From an uncultured Flavobacteriales bacterium (GTDB lineage Bacteria > Pseudomonadota > Alphaproteobacteria > UBA8366 > CAVOAK01), in assembly GCA_964419045.1 (NCBI GenBank), contig CAYQNO010000023.1, forward strand, positions 3,720-67,719: a DNA stretch of 64,000 bases, written 5' to 3'. Position numbers and translations under genes: made by a program. Every line of letters begins with the position of its first letter. Position 1 is the first letter of the stretch. Of the stretch, positions 47,752 through 57,896 are shown one piece after another. The notes under the pieces were generated by a model. The model was not told the DNA's origin. It saw only the letters and a list, made by a program, of their open reading frames with translations, and did no database searches.

Positions 47752-49512
47752 TTATGGAGAGGCCAGACACTCAAATGTATCTCCATCAACCTGGAGGTTG
47801 CGAATATTTTTACGATGCCATAGCGCATAAAATAGCAGAGTCCATGCCGCATAACGCGAGCGTTTGTTATTGCTGGTATAGAGATCTTCAACATTCATTG
47901 GGTGACAAATTGATTCTACGGCAGGATCTCTGGCAACCAGTTTACCCAATTTATCACCATGGCGACCCATCCATTCGCCTACTGGGACTGTAAACCCGCG
48001 TTTTTTTTCAAATGGCTGAGAGGCTGGAAAATTATCTGAGAGCCATTGCCGCAACAACCACTTGCCCCGACCGTTTCGAATTTTGAAGTTATCCGGTAAG
48101 GAAAACACCGTGTTGGCAACAACCGGGTCAAGTAATGGTGTCCTACCTTCCAGACCATGGGACATTAGGCAACGGTCGAGTTTGGTTAACAGGTCATTTG
48201 GCAGCCAGTCGGAGATGTCTGTGGCTTGAGCTATCTGTAGTTTTGTTCTGCCTTCGATGGCTGCGGTTGATTCGGCCGAGGCGATGCCGTCGCGCCAGGC
48301 ATTATTCACTTGTTTGAGAATTCTCAACCCATCGAATATACCGCGAGGTCGAATAGCCCTTCCACCCTGCCAAATTGGCCGTAATACGCTCCGGTATCTA
48401 CCGTAGCCAGCAAAGAGTTCGTCACCGCCTTCGCCGGTTAAAACTACCTTTAGCTCCTGTGCAGCTTCTCGTGCAAGTTTCCAAGTAGGTAAGATGGCGT
48501 AATCGGCAGCTGGATCATCCATACAGCCCGCAATCTCTGGCAAAAGTGTCCAAAAATCCTTTTCACTGAATTCTACTTCATGGTGCTCAGCACCCATACT
48601 TTTTGCCAATTTGCGCGCGTGAGCTCTTTCGTCATGGATACCTTGTTCAGAAAAGCCCGCTGTGAATGTCTTAATTGGACGGCTAGCTTGCTGTGCCATA
48701 AGTGCTAGTACAGTTGCTGAATCAGTACCACCCGACAAGAAAAGCCCAAATGGTACATCCGAACGTTGGTGCTTTTCTACGCTATCTCTTAGTGCTTCAT
48801 CTAAGCGTGCCAATGTGGTCGTCGTATCGACTACATTAGAATTAGGGACAGGTAGAGCACATTTCTGGGTTCGACTGACTATACGCGCGCCGCGGATCTC
48901 CAATGTTTCACCGGGCAGTACGCGCGAAATGCCTTTGTAAATTGTATTACGACCACAGGTGAACTGAAGTTGTAGTAACTCATCGCGATGTTCCGGGTCT
49001 TCATCGGCTTTGACTATACCCGATTCTATCAATGCACGGGGCTCTGATGCGAAGGCGAATAATTCCGGTTTTTCAACGTAGTAAAGCGGTTTTATTCCAA
49101 ATGAGTCACGTGCTAAAACCAATCGACCTTGAGCTGGATCATGTATAGCAATTGCGTACATGCCGCGCAGATCGTCCGCAAAGGACAGTCCATTTTGGCG
49201 GTAGAGATGAAGGGGAGGTTCACAATCCGACTGCGTCGCAAAGTTTATCGCTCCCAGCTGCTCACGAAGTTCGATGTAGTTATAAATTTCGGCATTTGCA
49301 ATGAGGACTATTCCACTCGGATCATAGATAGGTTGATCACCGGTCATCAGATCAATGATCGCCAGTCTTGTCATCACCATGCCAACCGATCCAGCTACAT
49401 GCTTGCCTTCCCCGTCCGGGCCACGATGACCGAGTGCACGCGCGAATCTATCGAGAATTCCAATTTCAGGTGTCTTACCGTCATGTAATACGACACCAGC
49501 GATACCGCACAT
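47752..49512 (-). CDS. Asparagine synthase (glutamine-hydrolysing) family amidotransferase, glycan-cluster type
   Basis: MCGIAG N-terminus and PP-loop LSGGTDS. Last gene of the glycosyltransferase operon (1-nt TAATG overlap). Confidence 0.85.
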   Translation of the reverse strand: MCGIAGVVLHDGKTPEIGILDRFARALGHRGPDGEGKHVAGSVGMVMTRLAIIDLMTGDQPIYDPSGIVLIANAEIYNYIELREQLGAINFATQSDCEPPLHLYRQNGLSFADDLRGMYAIAIHDPAQGRLVLARDSFGIKPLYYVEKPELFAFASEPRALIESGIVKADEDPEHRDELLQLQFTCGRNTIYKGISRVLPGETLEIRGARIVSRTQKCALPVPNSNVVDTTTTLARLDEALRDSVEKHQRSDVPFGLFLSGGTDSATVLALMAQQASRPIKTFTAGFSEQGIHDERAHARKLAKSMGAEHHEVEFSEKDFWTLLPEIAGCMDDPAADYAILPTWKLAREAAQELKVVLTGEGGDELFAGYGRYRSVLRPIWQGGRAIRPRGIFDGLRILKQVNNAWRDGIASAESTAAIEGRTKLQIAQATDISDWLPNDLLTKLDRCLMSHGLEGRTPLLDPVVANTVFSLPDNFKIRNGRGKWLLRQWLSDNFPASQPFEKKRGFTVPVGEWMGRHGDKLGKLVARDPAVESICHPMNVEDLYTSNNKRSRYAAWTLLFYALWHRKNIRNLQVDGDTFECLASP

Positions 49513-50537
49513 TATTGTGAAATCCGATCAAAGAATTCGATGTATTGTTCGACGACTGAATTTTCGGAATAATCTTGTAAATAAGCATTGCGCCCCCTAG
49601 TTACCAATTCGTTGGCAAGATCGTTATCCTGAAGTAGGTGGGCAATCGAACGAGCTAGCGCTCCTGCATCGTCAATCGGAACTAGAAGGCCAGCACCACT
49701 TGACTCGATTAACCATTTTGGGCCTTGTGCGGCGGCTGCAACGACAGCGCATCCATGTGCCCAGGCTTCTGTGATAACGTTACCTAAAGGTTCGTGGCGC
49801 GATGGACATATGAGAATATCGGCTGTTGTCATAAGTGCGGCTACATCGTTTCGCCAGCCTAGAAAGCGTACGCGATTAATAATCCCAAGGCGGCGGACGT
49901 GTGCTTCCAAGGCTAGTCTCATTCTCCCTTCGCCCGCAATCCAAAGATAGGCATTTGGGATTTCTTGAAGTGCATCGAGTAAGACGTCAAATGCTTTATT
50001 TCTGTGGAGTCTACCTACTGCTAATAACAACGGAGTACCATCAGGTGTATTGAATGTTGACCGAGCTATTTTTGTCGCAGGGGTAGATTCGACGAAATTT
50101 GGTAGATAAGTAGCGCGGTTTATTGGCCAGCCTTCACGCACAAGATAGTCATATATGTCCGGTGTATTTGCGATTAAATGATCGCAGTGTTTATAATACT
50201 TGAGTTTATAATATCCTCCAAGACGAGCAGTTAAAACGTGTTTTCCTTTTGTACAGAATCGGGCTGCTCGACTCATCCAAGCGATTACTATGTCAGGATC
50301 AAATGAGCTAATTTCTCTTTTCAATCGGGGTCGAGTAACGAAATCTGGTATCCCGCCAAACGGCAATTCCACAGGATCCAACCCGACCTCACGCAATGCC
50401 GCTGCACGTTCCTTGTTGCGGCGAATGATCACGTGTTCTTCAATTCCGGCTCGTGAAAGAGAGTTGACAAGGCGGAAAAAAAAGGCTTCAGCACCTCCGT
50501 GGCGTGCGCCGGCCATCACCTGAACTACACGTGTCAC
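49512..50537 (-). CDS. Glycosyltransferase family 4 (GT-B, RfaG-like)
   Basis: 341 aa with a C-terminal EPLGNVITEAWAHGCAVVA (E-x7-E-like) motif. Confidence 0.8.
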   Translation of the reverse strand: MTRVVQVMAGARHGGAEAFFFRLVNSLSRAGIEEHVIIRRNKERAAALREVGLDPVELPFGGIPDFVTRPRLKREISSFDPDIVIAWMSRAARFCTKGKHVLTARLGGYYKLKYYKHCDHLIANTPDIYDYLVREGWPINRATYLPNFVESTPATKIARSTFNTPDGTPLLLAVGRLHRNKAFDVLLDALQEIPNAYLWIAGEGRMRLALEAHVRRLGIINRVRFLGWRNDVAALMTTADILICPSRHEPLGNVITEAWAHGCAVVAAAAQGPKWLIESSGAGLLVPIDDAGALARSIAHLLQDNDLANELVTRGRNAYLQDYSENSVVEQYIEFFDRISQ

Positions 50538-51292
50538 TCGTCCTCCAGTCTTGCTTTAAGATAAGATAAAATGGGGTAGAGTGCTGCAAAAAGAGCGATG
50601 AGAAATCCATAAGGACCTTCACGGTAACCTCTTCGGCCAATGTAACACTTCCAAAACCGTGAAAACAAACGACGAATATTTTCTGTAATACCACCAATAT
50701 TGCCGTTCTCCCTCAGGTCAGCTGCTCGCGCAGAGGTGTAACGATCTAGTCGATGAATCATGTCCGAAATATCACGATCCACGTAATGAATCATAGGTGT
50801 AGTCAGTTTTCCCCGTCGGCCATTAAATAGAACTTTTGGATGAATTCGCTGTTTTCCCCATTTTTTGGCACCGGAGCGAAACAATCGCGCTGTTGCGCTT
50901 ACGCCCCAGGCGGCTCCCCAGCCGTAGCGTACAAGACGATCACCTATGTAGTTATCATACGGTATCAAAAAGTAACTATTTGATGTTTGTGAAATTGTGT
51001 CACGTATTTCGTTTGCCAGCTCCATGGAGACCCGTTCGTCAGCGTCTACCTCGAAGATCCAATCTCCACTACAAGCATTAATGCCCGTATTACGTCTGAC
51101 ACCCTCGATCTCCCATGCACCTTCTATTAAACAACTGGTATAACGAGCCGCTATTTTTCGTGAGTTATCAGTACAACGGTCAAGCAAGACAACGATTTCA
51201 TCCGCAAATTGCACTGAATCTAAACAGTCTGCAAGTTGCGCTTCCTCATTATGCACAACCACTAGAACGGATAGTTGGGGCTTTGAATTCAT
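50534..51292 (-). CDS. Glycosyltransferase family 2
   Basis: LSVLVVVHNEE and DADE motifs; 252 aa. 4-nt overlaps on both sides. Confidence 0.8.
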   Translation of the reverse strand: MNSKPQLSVLVVVHNEEAQLADCLDSVQFADEIVVLLDRCTDNSRKIAARYTSCLIEGAWEIEGVRRNTGINACSGDWIFEVDADERVSMELANEIRDTISQTSNSYFLIPYDNYIGDRLVRYGWGAAWGVSATARLFRSGAKKWGKQRIHPKVLFNGRRGKLTTPMIHYVDRDISDMIHRLDRYTSARAADLRENGNIGGITENIRRLFSRFWKCYIGRRGYREGPYGFLIALFAALYPILSYLKARLEDE

Positions 51293-52254
51293 AGTGGGAC
51301 CATTTTAGTTCGACACCAGAGCGATCTCGCCGCGGTCTCGACTATGTCTACCGATAGGCTGCCCATTAGCGATCCAGTTTTTCTGTGGTCGTAGTCAGAG
51401 GCGCCCACAAGCTCCTCATAGGTTTCTGGAGTTTTGACCCAACCGGTATGTTCTCCCCACGGCGCATATAGTTCGGGATGGCTGGGCCCAAATAAACTCA
51501 ATGTGGGTAACCCGACAGCGGCAGCCATATGGGTGAGACCTGAATCGTTGCCGACAAAAAAATGGCATCGTTTGAGGCAAGCTATTATTCCTGTTAGATC
51601 TGCTTGGCCTACCAGATCAATAATGCGCTCTTTGGAGAATGCATGAAACAGCGCCTCTACCTGGCTTCGTTCTTGTGCTGCCGCAATTACAGCGATGCGA
51701 GCGTCCGGCAGTATCCCGTCTTTGGCGGTTAATGCCTTTGCTAAAAGCAAAAAATTCTCGCAATCCCATTGTTTACCCCTCCAATTTGCTGCTGGCGCGA
51801 GTGCCAATACTGGGGAACCGTCGGGTATAAGTTCAGTAGCCGCCATAAGGTCACGGTCATCATTCCACAAAGTAGGGCTTGGTGGATTGTCCTCCTTACC
51901 TATGGTAGCTGCGAGTAACCGTACGCGATGTATTTTCTTAGTTGATTTTGGCAAAATGCAACGCTTGTGTGTTCGGAGCGTCCACGAGATCACCGAACGC
52001 CTTAAATCAACTATCATATCCCAACGAGTTCCAACACATTTATGCCAAAGACTAACCCAATGCATGCCCAATGGTTGTTTTTCAATTATGATTACCTGCT
52101 CAACACCTGGTATCGCACGAAATAAAGTCGCGGCTGCGGGTCCGACTGCGACGCTAACCTTTGCCAACGGATTTTGATCGACAAGGGATTGGAGAATTCC
52201 CGTCGACATGACAGCATCTCCGATACGGTTAGCCGTTATGAACAATAACTTCAT
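51289..52254 (-). CDS. Glycosyltransferase family 9 (LPS heptosyltransferase-like)
   Basis: N-terminus KLLFITANRIGDAV and C-terminus FVGNDSGLTHMAAAVGLPT. Confidence 0.8.
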   Translation of the reverse strand: MKLLFITANRIGDAVMSTGILQSLVDQNPLAKVSVAVGPAAATLFRAIPGVEQVIIIEKQPLGMHWVSLWHKCVGTRWDMIVDLRRSVISWTLRTHKRCILPKSTKKIHRVRLLAATIGKEDNPPSPTLWNDDRDLMAATELIPDGSPVLALAPAANWRGKQWDCENFLLLAKALTAKDGILPDARIAVIAAAQERSQVEALFHAFSKERIIDLVGQADLTGIIACLKRCHFFVGNDSGLTHMAAAVGLPTLSLFGPSHPELYAPWGEHTGWVKTPETYEELVGASDYDHRKTGSLMGSLSVDIVETAARSLWCRTKMVPL

Positions 52255-52391
52255 GGTTAGGCATGATATCTGAATTCATTACTACCGGTATAGGCAGTGA
52301 TAATACAAACATGAAATATTACTTGTATTGAGTGACTTAGGTATCATGTTGTTTTGGCCACTTATTGGTGAAAGTAGCTATAATGGTAAAC

Positions 52392-53279
52392 ATGAAATAC
52401 ATCGTTTTAAATTCCCGGGCTGTACTTACAGTTGGTGGCACGGACCGTGCAGAATTTCTGCAGGGTTTAATTTCTAATGACATCAAACTTGCTACTTCGT
52501 CTAGTGCAATATGGTCAGCCCTACTGACACCACAAGGCAAATATTTACACGACTTTTTTATACTTCACATGGGAACAAGCTTTTGTCTCGACTGTGAGGC
52601 CCAAAGAAAAATGAATCTAGGTCAGAGGTTAAGCCGATATAAACTTCGTTCTAAAGTAGAGTTAGGTGTCGGTGCAAACTTAGTCATAGTAGCATTGATC
52701 GGTGATGCTGTGCCCGGGACGTTGGGTCTTTACAACAAACCAGGCAGCGCCGGAGCATTTGGTGATGGCATCGCATTCGTCGACCCGAGGCTCTCAGCGA
52801 TGGGCGCCCGTGCGGTTCTTCCACGCGCCACCGCAATCGAGGCACTGCAGGACTTGGGCTTTACTGAGGGAAATATTGAGGATTACGATAAACTTCGCAT
52901 CGGACTCGGGCTATCTGATGGTAGTCGTGATCTAATTGTTGAAAAATCAACTTTATTAGAGAGTAATTTTGAGGAACTTAACGGCCTTGATTGGGACAAA
53001 GGTTGCTACATAGGCCAGGAATTGACAGCTCGCACTAAGTATCGTGGTCTTGGGCGTCGTCGACTAATGCCAGTAAAAATTGAAGGCCCAATACCCAATC
53101 CTGGAACTCCAATCTTTGCAGGTAAAATGGAAGCAGGTGAACTTCGCTCAGCAATTGACGGCGTAGGACTTGCGTTTTTAAGGCTCGATCGAATTAATAA
53201 GTCCAAAGAAGATGGAGTTGTTCTTGTGGCTGATGAAGCTCAGATTATACCCTTAAAACCAAATTGGGCGCGTTATTAG
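52392..53279 (+). CDS. ygfZ: Folate-binding protein YgfZ (GcvT-like fold)
   Basis: Signature DKGCYIGQELTARTKYRG. ATG 52392 is preferred over the track start 52365. Confidence 0.8.
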   Translation: MKYIVLNSRAVLTVGGTDRAEFLQGLISNDIKLATSSSAIWSALLTPQGKYLHDFFILHMGTSFCLDCEAQRKMNLGQRLSRYKLRSKVELGVGANLVIVALIGDAVPGTLGLYNKPGSAGAFGDGIAFVDPRLSAMGARAVLPRATAIEALQDLGFTEGNIEDYDKLRIGLGLSDGSRDLIVEKSTLLESNFEELNGLDWDKGCYIGQELTARTKYRGLGRRRLMPVKIEGPIPNPGTPIFAGKMEAGELRSAIDGVGLAFLRLDRINKSKEDGVVLVADEAQIIPLKPNWARY

Positions 53280-53300
53280 TATCTTCGTAATTATTTCACT

Positions 53301-53320
53301 TTATCTTATTTTATCTTATT
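53301..53320. repeat. Exact tandem duplication of the decamer TTATCTTATT
   Basis: Read directly (53301-53310 = 53311-53320), in the ygfZ / acuI-like intergenic region. Confidence 0.9.
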
Positions 53321-53521
53321 AGAACCGAGCTCTCGTGTGAGTACAGATTAGTAGTGCTTTGAAAAGTACTTAATTTAGATATATTCAACCCAAATCGATT
53401 TTTGGGCAGGGGGTGTTGAAGGTGCTTCCGATATAACGACTTTTGAAGAACTAGTTAAGCAGGTTGATTCCTAAAAGGGCTCTGCGGTAACGACTAATAA
53501 TTAGAGCGGAGAAATTTCACA

Positions 53522-54544
53522 ATGACTACTGGGTCTTTTACTGCTTTGGTCATCAATGATGATGGTGGTGCGGTAACTCATAAGGTAGAACAAATAGAGG
53601 AGTCGGCTTTACCCAAAGGGGATGTTCTCGTAAGGGTTGAATATTCAAGCCTCAATTATAAAGATGCAATGGTTCTCAAAGGATTGGGTCGGTTAGTCAG
53701 AAACTACCCTCACGTACCGGGAATCGATCTTGCTGGGACGGTGGAGAAGTCTACCTGCAACCAGTATGCAGTTGGTGATAGGGTTTTATTAACTGGATGG
53801 CGTGTCGGAGAGGCACATTGGGGCGGATACGCACAAAAAGCGCGTGTCTCTTCTAACTGGTTGGTTTCGGTTCCAAGAAAATTTTCTACTAGGCAGGTGA
53901 TGGCGATTGGAACTGCTGGCTTTACAGCAATGTTGGCGGTGATAGGCTTGGAACAACATGGGCTTGGTACGACGTTAAGTCCTGACAAAGAATCTGAATC
54001 TGGTGAGGTTTTGGTAACGGGTGCATCAGGTGGTGTTGGTTCAATAGCTGTTTCTATTTTAGCACAACTCGGCTATCGCGTTACGGCATCGACCGGACGA
54101 CCTGAACTCGAAAACTATCTGTATTCACTTGGGGCTTGTGAAGTCGTAGCGCGTAAGTTGTTGTCAGAACCATCCGACCGGCCACTTGAATCAGAGCGTT
54201 GGGATAGTGTGATCGATACGGTAGGAGGAATCACACTAGCGCGCGCAATAGCGCAGCTTAAATATCGTTCATCGGTAGCTGTCTGCGGTCTAGTGGGCGG
54301 TGTGACACTTGAGACTAGTGTAATTCCGTTTCTTTTACGTGGAGTTAATCTCCTTGGCATAGATTCTTCCATGCAACCCTATTCTATTCGTGAAATTGTA
54401 TGGCAACGTTTAGCTCAGGAATTACAACTACAAGTGTTGGACAATATGACAACTGTAATCGGCCTAACCGACTTAGTCGAGTATTCTGAGCAAATTCTTG
54501 ACGGCCAAATCCGTGGACGTGTGGTGGTAGATCTCAACACCTGA
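53522..54544 (+). CDS. YhdH/AcuI-family MDR oxidoreductase (acrylyl-CoA reductase-like)
   Basis: Family-typical N-terminus ...VRVEYSSLNYKDAMVLKG and cofactor loop VTGASGGVGSIAV. Confidence 0.8.
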   Translation: MTTGSFTALVINDDGGAVTHKVEQIEESALPKGDVLVRVEYSSLNYKDAMVLKGLGRLVRNYPHVPGIDLAGTVEKSTCNQYAVGDRVLLTGWRVGEAHWGGYAQKARVSSNWLVSVPRKFSTRQVMAIGTAGFTAMLAVIGLEQHGLGTTLSPDKESESGEVLVTGASGGVGSIAVSILAQLGYRVTASTGRPELENYLYSLGACEVVARKLLSEPSDRPLESERWDSVIDTVGGITLARAIAQLKYRSSVAVCGLVGGVTLETSVIPFLLRGVNLLGIDSSMQPYSIREIVWQRLAQELQLQVLDNMTTVIGLTDLVEYSEQILDGQIRGRVVVDLNT

Positions 54545-54763
54545 TTTGAGGTATAAAATATAGTTCTATCACCGGGACTAATTATCGCTGAGATAGGATA
54601 AAACACTAGGGACTTGGTTATTTTAATTGCGAAATTTAATAGGTTTAAAAAATCTGTCGCAAAAAAGGTCGCGAAGATAGAGGCTTGAAGTTATTCTAAA
54701 TATTGGTGTTCTATAGAACATTATTTTAGCCATATCATTGGGCAATAATACGGAGAGGTATTG

Positions 54764-56446
54764 ATGGCTGGTAAGCCTCTGAGTGACATTGAGATTGCAC
54801 GTGCTGCATCCATGCAGCCAATCATAAAAGTTGGTGATCGCCTGGATATTCCTGAACAACATTTATCACAGTTTGGCCCTTATAAGGCCAAGCTTGCCTT
54901 TGACTTTATTGATTCTCTGAGTGATAGACCAGATGGAAAACTTATACTGGTCACGGCTATTACGCCGACACCTGCTGGGGAGGGTAAGACCACCACGACA
55001 GTCGGCTTAGGGGATGGATTAAATCGCATTGGCAAGAAGGCAGTGATGTGTCTGCGTGAGCCGAGCCTCGGACCATCGTTTGGAATGAAGGGTGGCGCGG
55101 CGGGTGGTGGTTATGCCCAAGTTGTGCCAATGGAGGATATCAATCTTCACTTCACAGGTGATTTCCACGCCATCGGTGCTGCACACAATCTTCTGTCCGC
55201 ACTCGTTGATAACCACATTTATTGGGGAAACGAAAAACGACTCGATAGCCGTCGTGTTAGCTGGCGCCGGGTCGTCGATATGAATGACCGAGCATTGCGC
55301 GATATAGCATGTTCACTAGGTGGCGTGACTAATGGCTTTCCGCGTCAGACCGGTTTTGACATCACGGTTGCATCGGAAGTCATGGCTATCTTCTGTCTTT
55401 CTACAAGTTTGAAAGACCTAGAACGCCGACTTGGGAACATTATAATTGGGCAAACAAGAGAACGTGACCCTGTGTATGCTCGTGATCTCCTTGCCGAAGG
55501 ACCGATGACTGTTCTTCTAAAGGATGCACTGATGCCAAATCTGGTACAAACACTGGAAAATAATCCCGCGTTTATCCATGGTGGGCCATTTGCAAATATC
55601 GCCCATGGATGCAATTCGGTGATGGCGACAAAGACTGGTCTTAAACTTGCTGACTATGTAGTCACTGAAGCTGGTTTTGGTACTGACTTAGGTGCTGAAA
55701 AATTTTTCGATATTAAATGTCGTATGAGCGGACTAAAACCGGCCGCGGTTGTTATAGTTGCGACGGTTAGAGCACTTAAGATGCATGGTGGTGTTGATCG
55801 AGCTGATCTAGGAGTGGAAAATGTTGCAGCAGTAAAAAAAGGTCTAGAGAATTTGGCGAGACATGTGGAGAACGTGAAGCGATTTGGTGTTCCACCTATC
55901 GTTGCAATAAACCAATTTGTCGCAGATACCGATGCTGAACTTAAGGCTGTATCTGATGAAGCAACGTCACTTGGTGTTGAGGCAGTAGTTTGCTCCCATT
56001 GGTCGGATGGTGGTGCCGGTACTGAGGAGATGGCGCATAAGGTTGTAGAGCTGGTCGAAGGCGGTACTGCCAATTTCAAGCCCCTCTATCCCGACGATAT
56101 GTCGTTGTGGGAAAAGACTAAAACCATTGCTCAAAAAATTTATGGTGCGGACGATATAACTGCCGACCAGCGCGTTGCCGATCAATTTAACCACTATCAG
56201 GAATCGGGTTTTGGTAAGTTTCCGATTTGCATGGCAAAAACTCAATATAGTTTTTCAGCCGATCCCACGTTGAAGGGTGCGCCCAGTGGATTTATTGTGC
56301 CTGTACGCGAAATTCGACTGTCCGCCGGTGCTGAATTCTTGGTTGCGATTTGTGGTGACGTTATGACCATGCCGGGCCTGCCTCGAGTTCCAGCGGCTAA
56401 CAATATTAAAATCAACTCAGCCGGTGATGTCGAAGGCCTGTTTTAA
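54764..56446 (+). CDS. fhs: Formate--tetrahydrofolate ligase
   Basis: [16 protein letters not shown]-loop and overall conserved FTHFS sequence. ATG at 54764 lies one codon inside the track ORF. Confidence 0.95.
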   Translation: MAGKPLSDIEIARAASMQPIIKVGDRLDIPEQHLSQFGPYKAKLAFDFIDSLSDRPDGKLILVTAITPTPAGEGKTTTTVGLGDGLNRIGKKAVMCLREPSLGPSFGMKGGAAGGGYAQVVPMEDINLHFTGDFHAIGAAHNLLSALVDNHIYWGNEKRLDSRRVSWRRVVDMNDRALRDIACSLGGVTNGFPRQTGFDITVASEVMAIFCLSTSLKDLERRLGNIIIGQTRERDPVYARDLLAEGPMTVLLKDALMPNLVQTLENNPAFIHGGPFANIAHGCNSVMATKTGLKLADYVVTEAGFGTDLGAEKFFDIKCRMSGLKPAAVVIVATVRALKMHGGVDRADLGVENVAAVKKGLENLARHVENVKRFGVPPIVAINQFVADTDAELKAVSDEATSLGVEAVVCSHWSDGGAGTEEMAHKVVELVEGGTANFKPLYPDDMSLWEKTKTIAQKIYGADDITADQRVADQFNHYQESGFGKFPICMAKTQYSFSADPTLKGAPSGFIVPVREIRLSAGAEFLVAICGDVMTMPGLPRVPAANNIKINSAGDVEGLF

Positions 56447-56596
56447 CGATTAAAAGTACTTGCGCCATTTATGCACGCGGTAAAATACAAAACTGTGTTT
56501 GAGGATTTGTACATCGAATTTGTCCGTACATCTGAGTATAGATAGAGCCGATAGCGTTCACCTACGTTGACTCTAAAGCTAATAGGAGTAGGGAAT

Positions 56597-56911
56597 ATGA
56601 TCATTGATCATCGTACGTACACGTTTCATCATCGTAAAATCCCAGAGTTTCTTACAATTTATGAGCGCGATGGCCTTCCGGTTCAGTTAAAACATCTTGG
56701 AAATTTGGTTGGTTACTTTGTCTCGACAATTGGTGCCCTCAATCAAGTAATCCACTTATGGGGTTATGAGAATTTGGCGGATATGGAGGCACGACGAGCT
56801 GCTCGAGATGCTGATCCGGCTTGGGAAAAATATTTGACGAAAACCGCTGGTTTAATTCTCAGCCAGGAAACAAAAATCCTAAAGCCAACATCATTTTCGC
56901 CGATCCGGTGA
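56597..56911 (+). CDS. NIPSNAP-family protein
   Basis: MIIDHRTYTFHHRKIPEFL... is typical of NIPSNAP. The ATG is preceded by TAGGAGTAGGG. Confidence 0.7.
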   Translation: MIIDHRTYTFHHRKIPEFLTIYERDGLPVQLKHLGNLVGYFVSTIGALNQVIHLWGYENLADMEARRAARDADPAWEKYLTKTAGLILSQETKILKPTSFSPIR

Positions 56912-56966
56912 ACAACATGGCCTCGTTCAAGTGCCAAATTCTTGTGGGAGCTTGGTCGGGTGCAAG

Positions 56967-57815
56967 CTAGGTATCGATTGGCGTATCAGTGCGACTGCCC
57001 CATTCCGACCATGAACCATCGTAGAGTGCATTATTTTCATGACCGAGCTGGTGAAGACCTAGCAGTAAAACAGTAGCGGAAATTCCTGATCCACATGAGG
57101 TTACGATTGGCATTTCCAAATCGACGCCACATTTTGCAAATAAAGGTCGTAGCTCGTCTTTATCACGCATTGTACCGTCTTCGGCCAAGAGGTCGAGATA
57201 AGGGAGATTGAAGGCACCTGGTATGTGTCCCGCGCGCATTCCGCTACGTGGTTCTGGCTCTGCGGCAGTGAACCTTCCGGTCGATCGAGCATCTAGGATT
57301 TGCTCATCCTTACTCCCAATCATTGCTAAAACATCGTCTAGTGAACGGACTAATTCCATATTAGCCGTAGCCGTGAATGTAGTTGGATTTGGATCACGTG
57401 TTCCCGATTCAACTGATCGGCCTTCACTACTCCATTTCCCCATACCACCGTCGAGTACGGAAATGCGCTTTTGGCCAAACGTACGGAACATCCACCAAAC
57501 ACGGCCTGCTGCTGCCATGGTGCCGCCATCATAGGCTATCACATGATCGCTGTCGGTGATGCCAAGTTTGCCGACACTTTCGGCAAATTCTTTGGCGTCT
57601 GGAAACATGTGCGGGAGTGGGTTCGTGGTATCGCTGATGTCGTCGATATCGAAGAATACAGAACCGGGAAGATGAGCGGTCGCAAATTCACTTTGGCCAT
57701 CTCTATTTTCTGCCGGTAGATACCACGATCCGTCAACTACCTTGACATCGTCGTCGTTTAGGTGGGCAGCAAGCCAATCAGTCGAAACAAGGGAATCACT
57801 ATACTTGGTAGTCAT
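56967..57815 (-). CDS. sseA: 3-mercaptopyruvate sulfurtransferase (tandem rhodanese)
   Basis: Two rhodanese domains with active-site loop SCGSGISA (CG[ST]G type). Confidence 0.85.
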   Translation of the reverse strand: MTTKYSDSLVSTDWLAAHLNDDDVKVVDGSWYLPAENRDGQSEFATAHLPGSVFFDIDDISDTTNPLPHMFPDAKEFAESVGKLGITDSDHVIAYDGGTMAAAGRVWWMFRTFGQKRISVLDGGMGKWSSEGRSVESGTRDPNPTTFTATANMELVRSLDDVLAMIGSKDEQILDARSTGRFTAAEPEPRSGMRAGHIPGAFNLPYLDLLAEDGTMRDKDELRPLFAKCGVDLEMPIVTSCGSGISATVLLLGLHQLGHENNALYDGSWSEWGSRTDTPIDT

Positions 57816-57896
57816 TGGATTATACTTTCTCGGATGTGGTTTCTAAGAAATGTTCGGAATGGTATTTGTCACTTCGACAGAAGAAATTTTTTATAT

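Noticed and set aside
47588-47993. Track ORFs 47682..47894(-) and 47733..47993(+) at the glyS / asnB-like convergent junction
   Set aside because: They overlap the well-supported 3' end of the asparagine-synthase-family gene in other frames and have no motifs or RBS.
54545-54763. Possible ZTP (pfl) or THF riboswitch upstream of fhs, and track ORF 54623..54862(-)
   Set aside because: fhs is a frequent ZTP-riboswitch target. I could not find the conserved pfl elements as I remember them (no CGCCTGGGC-type 3' pseudoknot segment and no GGGTCGTGAC-type 5' segment) and no convincing THF-riboswitch core. The region is simply AT-rich. The antisense 79-aa ORF has no support. An Rfam covariance scan would settle it.
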